64,000 nt of DNA from contig CAVOHZ010000010.1 in the NCBI GenBank assembly GCA_963695855.1, forward strand, positions 1,504,001 through 1,568,000, read 5' to 3'. The number at the start of each line of letters is the position of its first letter. Within the stretch, counting starts at the first letter, position 1. Origin of the DNA: an uncultured Nitrososphaerales archaeon. GTDB taxonomy: Archaea > Thermoproteota > Nitrososphaeria > Nitrososphaerales > Nitrososphaeraceae. Below the pieces are notes generated by a model, which was not told the DNA's origin, did no database searches, and saw only the letters and a list, made by a program, of their open reading frames with translations. Positions 28,473-38,489 of the stretch are shown in pieces. The position numbers were made by a program, and so were the translations under genes.

Positions 28473-28490
28473 TAACCAGTATTATTCGTA

Positions 28491-29010
28491 TTAGTTGATT
28501 TGATTCAAGGTCTGAAGTATTTTTTCGGTTAATGCATTGGATCTAATTTTTATTTCTTCTTTTATTGTAGTTGGTAAAAATTCTGCATTAAAAAGATAAT
28601 CAAAGGCTTTTCCTTGAATAATTTCAATGATTATTTGCCTTGAGACTGACTTCAACTGATACGCCGGCTTCATCTTGAACTACCAACTACACGTTATTAT
28701 GTAATCTCATGTATGTATCTAATCTCTTGTATGAATTGTTCAAAATAGACTGCTCATCCTCTGAAGTTCAGACTTCATGATGTCCTGTCCAGTATGTAAA
28801 TGGTTGATCTAGTGAATTATACCCTCTTAATTGCTCGAGTAACCAAATATTGGAGACCATTTGGTGTACGAATTCAAGATCTTTTATTACCTATAGAGCA
28901 TTGGGTCAACATGAACGTCTTTCTGGATGACCCTCGCAAGCAACAGGATTGGAAATACGTGCTAACTGTTCCTCGTAAACTTTTGTTCTACACTTTTTTC
29001 ATAGGACCAT
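28491..29010 (-). pseudogene. Possible degraded gene remnant outside the element
   Basis: Protein-like minus-strand segments broken by stops and frameshifts; family not recognised. Confidence 0.25.
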
Positions 29011-29275
29011 CTTACTGGTTTACATCTCTTTTGTTTGTGCTTTACTAATAATATTTTTATTATCCGTCTTGCTTGCTTGATCGTCTCACCTGCTGTTTTT
29101 ATTAACATTATCTTTGAATTATTTATTCTGTTGTACTTAGTTGCAGATACGATCTTTCAGTATTAGTAGAAAGAATATGTACAAACAGAAAGAGAGACAG
29201 TAGTATATAATTCAACAATAATCTAATTTTTTTACTATTTTATTAGAATATTTCAAATACAAGAAACTTGATTTA

Positions 29276-29623
29276 TTGGTTATTATGACTAAATTTGGTC
29301 TTTATACGGAATCACCTAAAATCCCATTTGAAACACACTTATATGGATTGGATGAACCTATTAAAAAACAATTAATTGATCTGAGAGAATTCGTAAAAGA
29401 TCTGGGGAGGAATGTTATTGAAGAAATTCGACCTCACAGAATAGTATATTCTAAGACAATAGCATTTCGTGTATTTTTAGACATAAAACCAACTAAAGAA
29501 GAATTGATAGTTTCGATAAGAATTGATAGACAAAACCCCTATACTACATATAAGGTAAACCATAGATTTGATTTGACAGATATTAAAAAAGAGATAGAAA
29601 GTGCGTATAAAAATATATCATGA
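29276..29623 (+). CDS. DUF5655-like protein
   Basis: 115 aa; LREFV..LG..V.EE...IVY....F pattern. Confidence 0.6.
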   Translation: MVIMTKFGLYTESPKIPFETHLYGLDEPIKKQLIDLREFVKDLGRNVIEEIRPHRIVYSKTIAFRVFLDIKPTKEELIVSIRIDRQNPYTTYKVNHRFDLTDIKKEIESAYKNIS

Positions 29624-29645
29624 TATTTTAAAATTCAGAAATTAT

Positions 29646-29996
29646 TTAACCGTCTATCTTAAAACCTTGAAATTCACCGGTATAAGTTTCATAGTTTATA
29701 TCAATTTTATCGACTCTACTATTCCCAGGTCCCGTATGACACCATTCTATCACTTTTTCAACATTTGACGGTAATCCTTCCAAAATACATTCGACATCTC
29801 CATTTTTAAGATTTCGAACCCAACCACTAACCGCATTTTTTATAGATATTTCTTGAGTATATTTTCGAAAATAGACTCCTTGAACTTTACCAGAGATTAT
29901 TAGATGAGCTCTTATATTACTCAAATAATTATTAACCATGACATTCTCATCCTTAGGAAGCGTATCTTGTGGATTATTATTACTCAATACAATCAT
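29646..29996 (-). CDS. acyP: Acylphosphatase
   Basis: GKVQGVYFR and GWVRN motifs; start may be downstream. Confidence 0.92.
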   Translation of the reverse strand: MIVLSNNNPQDTLPKDENVMVNNYLSNIRAHLIISGKVQGVYFRKYTQEISIKNAVSGWVRNLKNGDVECILEGLPSNVEKVIEWCHTGPGNSRVDKIDINYETYTGEFQGFKIDG

Positions 29997-30685
29997 ACGA
30001 GAAACGAGATTATCAAATATAAATTATGAGAAAGATTATAAAAGAAATTCTTCTTCCTCGTTAAAGATCTTTAATGATGTACCATTTCCAAGTTTGAAGT
30101 TGCTTTCACTAGTTTTCGTAACTATGGGTGAAATGGTATAGAGAATACTATAGAAAACCCAACATTGTAAAAAGAGACATAATTTCCAACTTTATAATTA
30201 TTAAGATTTGAAAATCATGATTAAGGAAAAAATAATAGGTATCGCATAGCCTATCAACAAGGTGAAAATCAATTTTGATAGGAGAAACATGAAAAAAGTT
30301 AAATGGCATTGTACTGGTTTCATTAGACTCTCTTAATTTAATATAAATACACCTTCTTTCAATTTTATAATAAAATAATGCTCTATTCTACAACTCGTTT
30401 ATACAATCTTTTTTATACATCTAATTAGCAACTATGTTACAATTTTACTTCTAAACCAGTTATACAATGATACTTAGCATCATCTCTTTTACAATGTTCT
30501 CAAATATAATAGCGGAAAAATATTCTCCAAACATAATTTTAGTAAAAGTGATAAAATAATATTGTTAACCTCAATATGGATTATAGCTAAAAATAAAAAT
30601 GAGATCTTTCTTTAAGCAGAATAGGTAAGAAAATAGTTTTTATTGATTATTTCATAAAAAAATAAAATAGTTATGATTGCCTATT

Positions 30686-32857
30686 CTAACGATAATAGGG
30701 AACAGTTACTTTTTGATTAGGTGTTGTTTCACGTTGTTTCTTTATTTTCTTAACTGCATTTTCATAATCTTTCATCGAAACGAAAGCTTCAGATGCATGT
30801 TTAGCTGCTTCGTCAGGAGAAGAATATTTTTGCAGATAATTCTGCAGAACGAAGGAAACCGCAACGTTAACTAATGAACTGACTTCAGCTCCAGTAAAAC
30901 CTTCTGTAAGTTCTGTTATTTTTTCTAGATCGACGTCATTTGAATTAGGTTTATTATTAGAATTCATTTTTAAAATCATATATCTTGTTTTCTTGTCTGG
31001 GAGTGGTACATAGACTATCTTGTCAAATCTACCTAGTCTTAGTAATGCAGGGTCAATCATATCAGCACGGTTGGTGGCAGCAAGAACCACTACACCAGAA
31101 AGAGCTTGAATACCATCCATTTCTGTTAGTAATTGGGAAACAACCCGTTCTGCTACCATACTATCATTTTCAATCCCTCTGATAGGAGCTATAGAATCTA
31201 TTTCATCAAAAAATATCACACATGGTGAGGCCTGTCGTGCGCGTCTAAAGATTTCACGAATGCCTTTTTCAGATTCACCAACCCATTTTGATAGCAGTTC
31301 AGGTCCTTTAACACTGATAAAATTGGCTTCAGATTCTGTTGCAACGGCCTTAGCTAGCATGGTCTTGCCTGTTCCAGATGGACCATGTAACAGTACACCT
31401 TTTGGTATGGTATGTCCTAGTTTATTGTACATATCTGGAAAACGCATTGGCCATTCTACTGCCTCTTGCAGTTCATGTTTAACTTCTTCCAGTCCACCTA
31501 TATCAGGCCAATGTACATCTGGTGGTTCCAGATAGACTTCTCTCATTGCTGATGGCGTTACATCTTTTATAGCATGATTAAAATCGCTCATGGTTATGAT
31601 TAATTTGTTCAATACTTCTGGTGCTAGTTTTTCATCTTCTAGATTTAGTTCTGGCAGAAGACGTCTAAGACATTTCATTGCTGCTTCTTTACATAGATAT
31701 TCCAGATCAGCTCCAACAAATCCATGAGTAATTGCTGCTATCTTGTCTTGATCTACATCTGTATCAAGTGGCATGTTACGGGTATGAATCTGTAAAATCT
31801 CCAATCTCCCACGTTTATCAGGGACTTTGATCTCTATTTCTCTATCAAAACGACCCGGTCTTCGTAGTGCTTGATCTAGTGCATTTGGTCTGTTTGTTGC
31901 GGCTATTACTATAACTTTACCTCTTGCTTCAAGACCATCCATTAACGATAATAATTGTGATACAACTCTTCTTTCCACCTCGCCTGTTACTTCCTCTCTT
32001 TTTGGAGCGATTGAATCTATCTCGTCAACAAACATTATGGAGGGAGCCTTTTCTTTTGCTTCTTTGAATATTTCCCTAAGACGGGCTTCAGACTCTCCAT
32101 AAAACTTGCTCATGATTTCTGGACCAGAAATGCTTATGAAATGAGAATTACTTTCATTGGCAACTGCTTTGGCAAGCAGAGTTTTACCTGTTCCAGGTGG
32201 TCCATGTAAAAGAACACCTTTTGGAGCCTCTATTCCCAATTTCTCAAATATTTCTGGATGTCTTAATGGGAGTTCAATCATTTCTCGTACTTTTTGTATC
32301 TCTTCTCGTAATCCACCTATATCTTCATATGTAACTTGTGGCACTCCACGTAGAGTCTCGCCTTTTTCTGCTATGTGGAATATGGTTTTCTGCGTTACAA
32401 GTACAGCATCTGCATTGGCAGGTGTAACACCAATAACTTGAAATGTTAGACGTCCTCCAAAGTATGGAACCATGACGTTATCTCCCTTGATAATTGGGAC
32501 ACTTTCCAGTGCATCTGCAAGATAACGTTCATCTATTGGAGGAATGGCTTCAAGAGGAGAAAGTAAAATTTTTTCTGCATTTATAGCATTAATTTTTCTA
32601 ATAAAAACTGTATCACCTATCGCAATTCCAGAATTATTTCTTACAAGACCATCAATTCTGATGATACCTTTTCCTTCATCTGAAGGATAAAGTGGTAGAC
32701 ATTTTGCAGTGGTTCTTCGCTTTCCTCTGATTTCTACAACATCACCAGTAGAAACAGCTAAAGAATCCATAGTGTCATAATCAATTCGAGCAATTCCGCG
32801 ACCTACATCACGTGTGTATGCCTCTAGTACTTTAAGAGAAAGAGTATTCTTACTCAA
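30686..32857 (-). CDS. cdc48: CDC48/VCP family AAA+ ATPase
   Basis: N-domain plus two AAA modules ([16 protein letters not shown]). Confidence 0.95.
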   Translation of the reverse strand: MSKNTLSLKVLEAYTRDVGRGIARIDYDTMDSLAVSTGDVVEIRGKRRTTAKCLPLYPSDEGKGIIRIDGLVRNNSGIAIGDTVFIRKINAINAEKILLSPLEAIPPIDERYLADALESVPIIKGDNVMVPYFGGRLTFQVIGVTPANADAVLVTQKTIFHIAEKGETLRGVPQVTYEDIGGLREEIQKVREMIELPLRHPEIFEKLGIEAPKGVLLHGPPGTGKTLLAKAVANESNSHFISISGPEIMSKFYGESEARLREIFKEAKEKAPSIMFVDEIDSIAPKREEVTGEVERRVVSQLLSLMDGLEARGKVIVIAATNRPNALDQALRRPGRFDREIEIKVPDKRGRLEILQIHTRNMPLDTDVDQDKIAAITHGFVGADLEYLCKEAAMKCLRRLLPELNLEDEKLAPEVLNKLIITMSDFNHAIKDVTPSAMREVYLEPPDVHWPDIGGLEEVKHELQEAVEWPMRFPDMYNKLGHTIPKGVLLHGPSGTGKTMLAKAVATESEANFISVKGPELLSKWVGESEKGIREIFRRARQASPCVIFFDEIDSIAPIRGIENDSMVAERVVSQLLTEMDGIQALSGVVVLAATNRADMIDPALLRLGRFDKIVYVPLPDKKTRYMILKMNSNNKPNSNDVDLEKITELTEGFTGAEVSSLVNVAVSFVLQNYLQKYSSPDEAAKHASEAFVSMKDYENAVKKIKKQRETTPNQKVTVPYYR

Positions 32858-33087
32858 TACACTTAAATTTTATCAATTAAAATCACATAATAATCTTTGG
32901 TTGGTTTCATAATAATATATATAAAATAGAAATTCATAAGAATATTTTTTATTTAATATAATATAATATAAAAAATTTAATGTTACTTACTCGATGTAGA
33001 CATTATCAACATATTATTTATCCTTTTAATTTTATTAAAACACAAAAGTTAAAATCACCTAAATAGATCGATTCTTTTAGATTAACT

Positions 33088-33819
33088 TTGGGAAAACGAC
33101 CACTAGTACGTAGAAGAGGACGAGGAGGCAAACAATTTAGAGCAATTAAGGTAGGAAAGATTGCTGCAGCTAAATATCCAAATTTTAAATTAGATGAAAA
33201 ACACTCTGGTACTGTAGTTGATATAGTTCACGAAAGAGGAAGAGACGCTCCCTTAGCTAAGGTAAAATTTGATAAGGATATAATGTCTTTTATTCCAGCA
33301 GCTGAAGGTACAGCTGTGGGTAGTATTATACAAACTGGAGATGGTACTCCTGCAACTTCAAGAAATATTTTATCGTTAGAATCTATCCCAGATGGAACCA
33401 TAATTTGCAATATAGAAAGGAATGCAGGGGATGGAGGAAAATTAATTAAGGCTGCTGGTTCTTCGGCCGTTGTATTTTCACATTCTACTGAAGGTGTGAC
33501 AATAAAATTACCTTCAGGAAAATTCATGACGATTAATCAAAAGTGTCGTGCTATGATAGGAAATATAGCTGGTGCAGGAAGAACGGATAAGCCTTTCCTA
33601 AAAGCTGGAAACAAAGCAAAATACATGAAGGCACGTGGTAAATTATATCCAAAAGTCAGGGGAATTGCTCAAGCAGCAGTTTATCATCCTCATGGAGGTG
33701 GAAGACATCAACATATTGGTCGTCAATCCTCTGTCAGCAGAAATACACCACCAGGTAGAAAAGTGGGAATCATAGCTCCAAGGAAAACAGGGCGTGGCCG
33801 ATTAAAGGACCGTAAATGA
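33088..33819 (+). CDS. rpl2: 50S ribosomal protein L2 (uL2)
   Basis: MGKR...RRGRG, PKVRG, HPHGGG, PPGRKVG. Confidence 0.97.
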   Translation: MGKRPLVRRRGRGGKQFRAIKVGKIAAAKYPNFKLDEKHSGTVVDIVHERGRDAPLAKVKFDKDIMSFIPAAEGTAVGSIIQTGDGTPATSRNILSLESIPDGTIICNIERNAGDGGKLIKAAGSSAVVFSHSTEGVTIKLPSGKFMTINQKCRAMIGNIAGAGRTDKPFLKAGNKAKYMKARGKLYPKVRGIAQAAVYHPHGGGRHQHIGRQSSVSRNTPPGRKVGIIAPRKTGRGRLKDRK

Positions 33820-34115
33820 CCATTCTTTTCTTAATGGAAAATAATTTTTGGCTCATGATTTTTTACAAACAAACTTTTAGTAATTATTTTTGCAATATCA
33901 AATCTATTTTTCGTAGTTTAAAATTAAAAAAATTTAAAATGTAGATTATAACACTTTAAAGCTTGTCATACATATAAGAATGATCTTTAGTTGAATTTAT
34001 ACATTAGACCTTTTAACTAAATTTTATTTTTCCATAAATTTGAGATAGTTAAATGCATAGCTTTACAAATGAATTCGATCTTTAATTAAATTCAATTGGC
34101 AAAAAAAAATATAAT

Positions 34116-35057
34116 TTAAGAAGCTTTCATTAACATACACAACAATGCTTTTTGCACATGTATCCGATTTTCAGCTTCATCCCAAACAACAGATGATTTT
34201 CCATCTATTATTTCCGAGCTGACCTCTTGACCTCTTTTTGCAGGTAAACAATGCATAAAAATAACATCATTTTTTGCATACCTTAAAAGCTCTGAATTTA
34301 CTTGATATTTTGGAAGAAAAATTTGTTCTCTTTGGATTTTTTCATCATCCTTTCCAAGTGAAACAAAAGTGTCTGTTACAACAATATCAGCATCTTTCAC
34401 AGCATTAATTGGATCATTTACGACCGAAATTTGAGATCCGGTTTTTTTTCCTTCTTCTTTTGAAAGTCTTACTATCCAATTTAATGGTTCGTATCCTTTT
34501 GGACAGGCTGCCGTCATATTTATACCGGTTTTGGCACAACCTATAAGAAGATCGTTACAAATATTGAAACCATCTCCTATCCACGCAAGACTTAAGTCTT
34601 TTAATCTAGTTTTATGTTCTCTTATAGTTAAAAGATCTGCAAGTATTTGGCAAGGGTGAAAAAGATCTGACAGACCGTTTATAACTGGAATGGTTGAAAA
34701 AATTGATAATTTTTCAATATCACTGTGATCATATACTCGTGCCATAATGCAATCCAAATACAAGGACAAAGTTTTTGCAGTATCTTCTATAGTTTCTCCT
34801 TTTGCCAACTGTATATCATTTGAACCCAAAAATATTGCATGACCACCAAGTTGTAGCATACCTGTCTCAAAACTCACTCTTGTACGAGTAGAAGGTTTTT
34901 GAAAAATCATTCCCAATATTTTTCCTTTTAGTAATGGTCTTGATTTCCTTGATCTAAATTCTTTTTTAAGATCTGCTGCAAGATCTAATAGTATACTGAT
35001 CTCGTTTAAATCTAGGTCCTGTAAACTTAGTATATTTTTATTCCTTAAGTATTTCAT
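34116..35057 (-). CDS. argF: Ornithine carbamoyltransferase
   Basis: STRTR, HPCQ, FMHCLP motifs. Confidence 0.96.
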   Translation of the reverse strand: MKYLRNKNILSLQDLDLNEISILLDLAADLKKEFRSRKSRPLLKGKILGMIFQKPSTRTRVSFETGMLQLGGHAIFLGSNDIQLAKGETIEDTAKTLSLYLDCIMARVYDHSDIEKLSIFSTIPVINGLSDLFHPCQILADLLTIREHKTRLKDLSLAWIGDGFNICNDLLIGCAKTGINMTAACPKGYEPLNWIVRLSKEEGKKTGSQISVVNDPINAVKDADIVVTDTFVSLGKDDEKIQREQIFLPKYQVNSELLRYAKNDVIFMHCLPAKRGQEVSSEIIDGKSSVVWDEAENRIHVQKALLCMLMKAS

Positions 35058-36600
35058 CTAAATCATCATCTGTAAGGTATACCACATCATTTTCTGTGTT
35101 TTCGTTTTTCTTATCATTTTTTTTATCTTTGTCATCCTTACCAAAATCATCATTTTTTCTTAAGATGGATTTGACTTCAGTTGTTTCGTTGTTACGTTGT
35201 ACTTTAGGAATTTCAGAACTTGCAGACTTACGTTTTCCAAATATAGATAAAAAACTTTTCTTTTTATTCTTCTTTTCTTCAAGCTGATCAGTTTTTTTAT
35301 CATATTCATTTATAGTTTTGGAAAATTCTTTTTCAGATATTTCGCCTAACTTCTTGTCACACGACTCATTCTTAACAGAATCAGAAATTTTATAGATATT
35401 ATTTTCTTGTTCTGTTTTTTTACCAGTTATTTCCTCATTGTTTTGAATTTGATGGTTGTGTGTTTGTTGTTCGGTAACAAATCCTTCAGATCTAGATGTA
35501 TATGAAGATTTATCAATAGATAAATCATTTTTTGAATTAGAACTATATATAATATTATTTTTAACAATTTCTTCTGAAAAAATCTTCTTGTCTAAAGTTT
35601 TTGTTGGTTTTTGATCCGATAACTCTTTTCTTATATCATGATCACTAGAATTTGTATTTATAGTAGTTTTTTTGGTTTCTGCAGAAAGTGTGGAACTAAA
35701 TAATGATTCGATAAATTGATCAAGATCGAAAGGAACTATATCATCATAATTCTGACCTATACCCAGATACATAATAGGTTTAGATGTTAAATATGAAATT
35801 GAGATTATTGAACCTCCTTTTGAATCTGCATCAGTCTTTGTTAATATAGCTCCATCAAATTTTGTATAAGAATAGAATTCTGTTGCTTGAAAAATAGCGT
35901 CATTTCCTGCGAGGGAATCACCTATAAATATTTTTAAATCTGGCTTGACAACTTGCACAATTTTACTAATCTCATCCATAAGATTCTTTGCGGTTTGCAT
36001 TCGCCCTGCTGTATCTATCAATATTGCATCAACCCTATGTTTTTTTCCATATTCAACTGCATCCCTTGCAACAGCTGAAGGATCTGCACCATAGCGTTGA
36101 TGTATCATTTTTAATGATAGTCTTTTGGCATGTTCATGTAATTGTTCTATTGCTCCCGCTCTATGAGTATCACTAGCAGCTAAAACAACAGAAATATCGT
36201 TTTTGCGAAGAAGATTCGCAATTTTTGCAACTGTAGTTGTTTTTCCTGTTCCATTAATGCCTAAAAATACTACAATATAAGGACCTTCTTGTCTTTCTTT
36301 TTTTGTTTTAATAATCTTTACTAGATCGACACTTCCTGATTTGGAAAGAATGTCATAAATAGATCTCTTAAGATTTAACTCAATGATTTCTTCTGCAGTT
36401 TGACCTTTTTCTAAAGTCAATCCTAATAATTTCGCTTTAAGGCTATTAGAAATATCAGCGATGACTTCCTGAGCAACGTCACTTTCTAATAATGCAATTT
36501 CTAGGTCAAATAAAGTATTTTCAAGATCCTTTTTTGTTATTTCTTTTTTACCTATATCCGAAATAGCATTGGAAAATGCTTTTTTTAATTTATCAAACAT
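35038..36600 (-). CDS. ftsY: SRP receptor FtsY with long charged C-terminal extension
   Basis: GINGTGKTT, DTAGR, TKTD, GIGQ motifs. Confidence 0.95.
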   Translation of the reverse strand: MFDKLKKAFSNAISDIGKKEITKKDLENTLFDLEIALLESDVAQEVIADISNSLKAKLLGLTLEKGQTAEEIIELNLKRSIYDILSKSGSVDLVKIIKTKKERQEGPYIVVFLGINGTGKTTTVAKIANLLRKNDISVVLAASDTHRAGAIEQLHEHAKRLSLKMIHQRYGADPSAVARDAVEYGKKHRVDAILIDTAGRMQTAKNLMDEISKIVQVVKPDLKIFIGDSLAGNDAIFQATEFYSYTKFDGAILTKTDADSKGGSIISISYLTSKPIMYLGIGQNYDDIVPFDLDQFIESLFSSTLSAETKKTTINTNSSDHDIRKELSDQKPTKTLDKKIFSEEIVKNNIIYSSNSKNDLSIDKSSYTSRSEGFVTEQQTHNHQIQNNEEITGKKTEQENNIYKISDSVKNESCDKKLGEISEKEFSKTINEYDKKTDQLEEKKNKKKSFLSIFGKRKSASSEIPKVQRNNETTEVKSILRKNDDFGKDDKDKKNDKKNENTENDVVYLTDDDLDEILKE

Positions 36601-36651
36601 TTTGAATCAGTTTACTCAAATTACTATATTTTTTTAGGTATTTACTTTTAT

Positions 36652-37098
36652 TTAGGACGATGTTTGATGTAATATGGAGTTTACCTGAATTTGAATTTGT
36701 TCAAGTTGTGTAGTTATCTGTCTTTTTTGATTTGTTAATTGATTTATTGCTATCTCGAATTCTTTCATTCTAGATTCTATATAATTTAATGTATCTGCTC
36801 GTGTTTTTTCTAAAGTAACTCCTGCACCAACATTGACTAGTAAGGTGTCTAGAGAGTGAACATTGGCTTTTATAAAGACACCAATTCCAATTGGCACCAA
36901 GGTTTCATTTTCTTGTCCGGCTGGAATATTTTGAAGAGCATAAGATGCAAGACGAGCTTCTTCAATTAATTTTGTAACCGTAACTTCCCTTCCAATTATC
37001 TCATTAAGATATAGTTCCAAAGTCCTAGAATGTTGAGCTAGTTCGTTTATACGCTGTTCAATAGCTATTCTTTGGGAGTTGGGGTCTTCGCTCATCAT
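36652..37098 (-). CDS. pfdA: Prefoldin subunit alpha
   Basis: Coiled coil with LVPIGIGVF...VNVGAGVTLEK hairpins; start moved to 37098. Confidence 0.9.
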   Translation of the reverse strand: MMSEDPNSQRIAIEQRINELAQHSRTLELYLNEIIGREVTVTKLIEEARLASYALQNIPAGQENETLVPIGIGVFIKANVHSLDTLLVNVGAGVTLEKTRADTLNYIESRMKEFEIAINQLTNQKRQITTQLEQIQIQVNSILHQTSS

Positions 37099-37188
37099 TA
37101 TTAAACTATTTTGAATCCACTTATAACTGTGACGAAAATATATAAAAGAGAAATAATATACAATTATTTTCAAAATACTAACAAATAA

Positions 37189-38220
37189 TCATACTTTTGA
37201 GACTTTCATCATATCTATTATTTTGACTTTCATTCCATAACGATCCTCGTTATTTTTCATATGATTATAAATACGTAGCAGATCGTAAGAATTCTTTACG
37301 AGATTAAAAGTTCCTCTTATCTTCATCATAATAAATTTGAAAACCAGAGAATAAATACTGAAATATTTCAAAACTTTTTTACGATATGATTCGAAATCGT
37401 TGTAGTTTTCTATAAAGAGATCTGCACATATTGTAGATGGTATTATCCCTTCTCCAAGCAATGGATATACGGTTCCTATTGATTCTCCAACTCCAATTGT
37501 CTTTATACCATCATTGAAGGGTTCTGAGTTTGAAGGAGGACTTATTCTAACTGGTCTCCCATTTTTCTTAATAATATGACATTTGTATTGTTTGAGAAAT
37601 TGTTCCAAAAAGAGGTTATGGTTTTTCCTAGTAAAATCTCCTGCTCCTATATGAGCATAGCCATTTCCTAAAGGAAAATACCAGAAATAACCTGACATTG
37701 AAGGAAAGCATTTAAGATAAAAATCATCAAATGGGAGATTGTTATTTTCATACTTGACTTTATATTGAACACAGGGGATCCACATCTCATAATCTAACCT
37801 TGGAAGATAATTTCTGTGAAAACCAGTCGAATCAATTATCAGATCGAATTCAGATTCTAATACTTCTTTTTTTGGAGCTTTACCGAAATGGATTTCACTT
37901 CCTTTTACCATATCTTGTATAAGTTTTAATTTATCGTAACTGATCATTCCTCTTAAACCTATATCAACATGAGTGTCTTCATTCAGGTCTACCCTCATAT
38001 TTTTTCCATCATGTAGGATATAATCATCAAAATTAAGACCACATTTTTTTGCATAATTTACCATGACATTTTTACATGTAGCCCATGCACAAACTGCATC
38101 ATGTTCTTCTTCTTTCATTCGTTCAAATCCAGTAATTTGAATGTCATGTATATCATTAAATTGATTCATTAGATAGGCTCCAGCAACTCCTATACCAATC
38201 ACAGCAATTTTCATTAACAT
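37189..38220 (-). CDS. FAD-dependent oxidoreductase (geranylgeranyl reductase-like)
   Basis: GIGVAG, GYFWYFP, GESIGTVYPLLGEGI. Confidence 0.8.
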   Translation of the reverse strand: MLMKIAVIGIGVAGAYLMNQFNDIHDIQITGFERMKEEEHDAVCAWATCKNVMVNYAKKCGLNFDDYILHDGKNMRVDLNEDTHVDIGLRGMISYDKLKLIQDMVKGSEIHFGKAPKKEVLESEFDLIIDSTGFHRNYLPRLDYEMWIPCVQYKVKYENNNLPFDDFYLKCFPSMSGYFWYFPLGNGYAHIGAGDFTRKNHNLFLEQFLKQYKCHIIKKNGRPVRISPPSNSEPFNDGIKTIGVGESIGTVYPLLGEGIIPSTICADLFIENYNDFESYRKKVLKYFSIYSLVFKFIMMKIRGTFNLVKNSYDLLRIYNHMKNNEDRYGMKVKIIDMMKVSKV

Positions 38221-38252
38221 AAAATCTAGAATAAATCAAAAATAAAAATATA

Positions 38253-38486
38253 TTGAGAGAAATCGATATTCTAGCACTATTGAAAAATAAAATTGAGATG
38301 TCTGGTTCTGCAAGAGCCGGAATTGGAATCTTAGTGATGGGTGCATTACTTCTTGGGATAGGGTATTATCAAGAGAGAGGAGCTCTTTCTCTATATGGAT
38401 TAATAATGACCATAAGTGGATTTAGTCTATATATGATATCATCCATATACACATCAATAAAAAATAAAAGATATGGATCTAAATAG
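38253..38486 (+). CDS. Small two-TM membrane protein
   Basis: Two hydrophobic segments. Confidence 0.6.
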   Translation: MREIDILALLKNKIEMSGSARAGIGILVMGALLLGIGYYQERGALSLYGLIMTISGFSLYMISSIYTSIKNKRYGSK

Positions 38487-38489
38487 ATT

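Noticed and set aside
29938-30330. ORF 29938-30141 and a possible degraded membrane-protein gene on the minus strand
   Set aside because: Overlaps the acyP start on the opposite strand; fragments are short, stop-ridden and unassignable.
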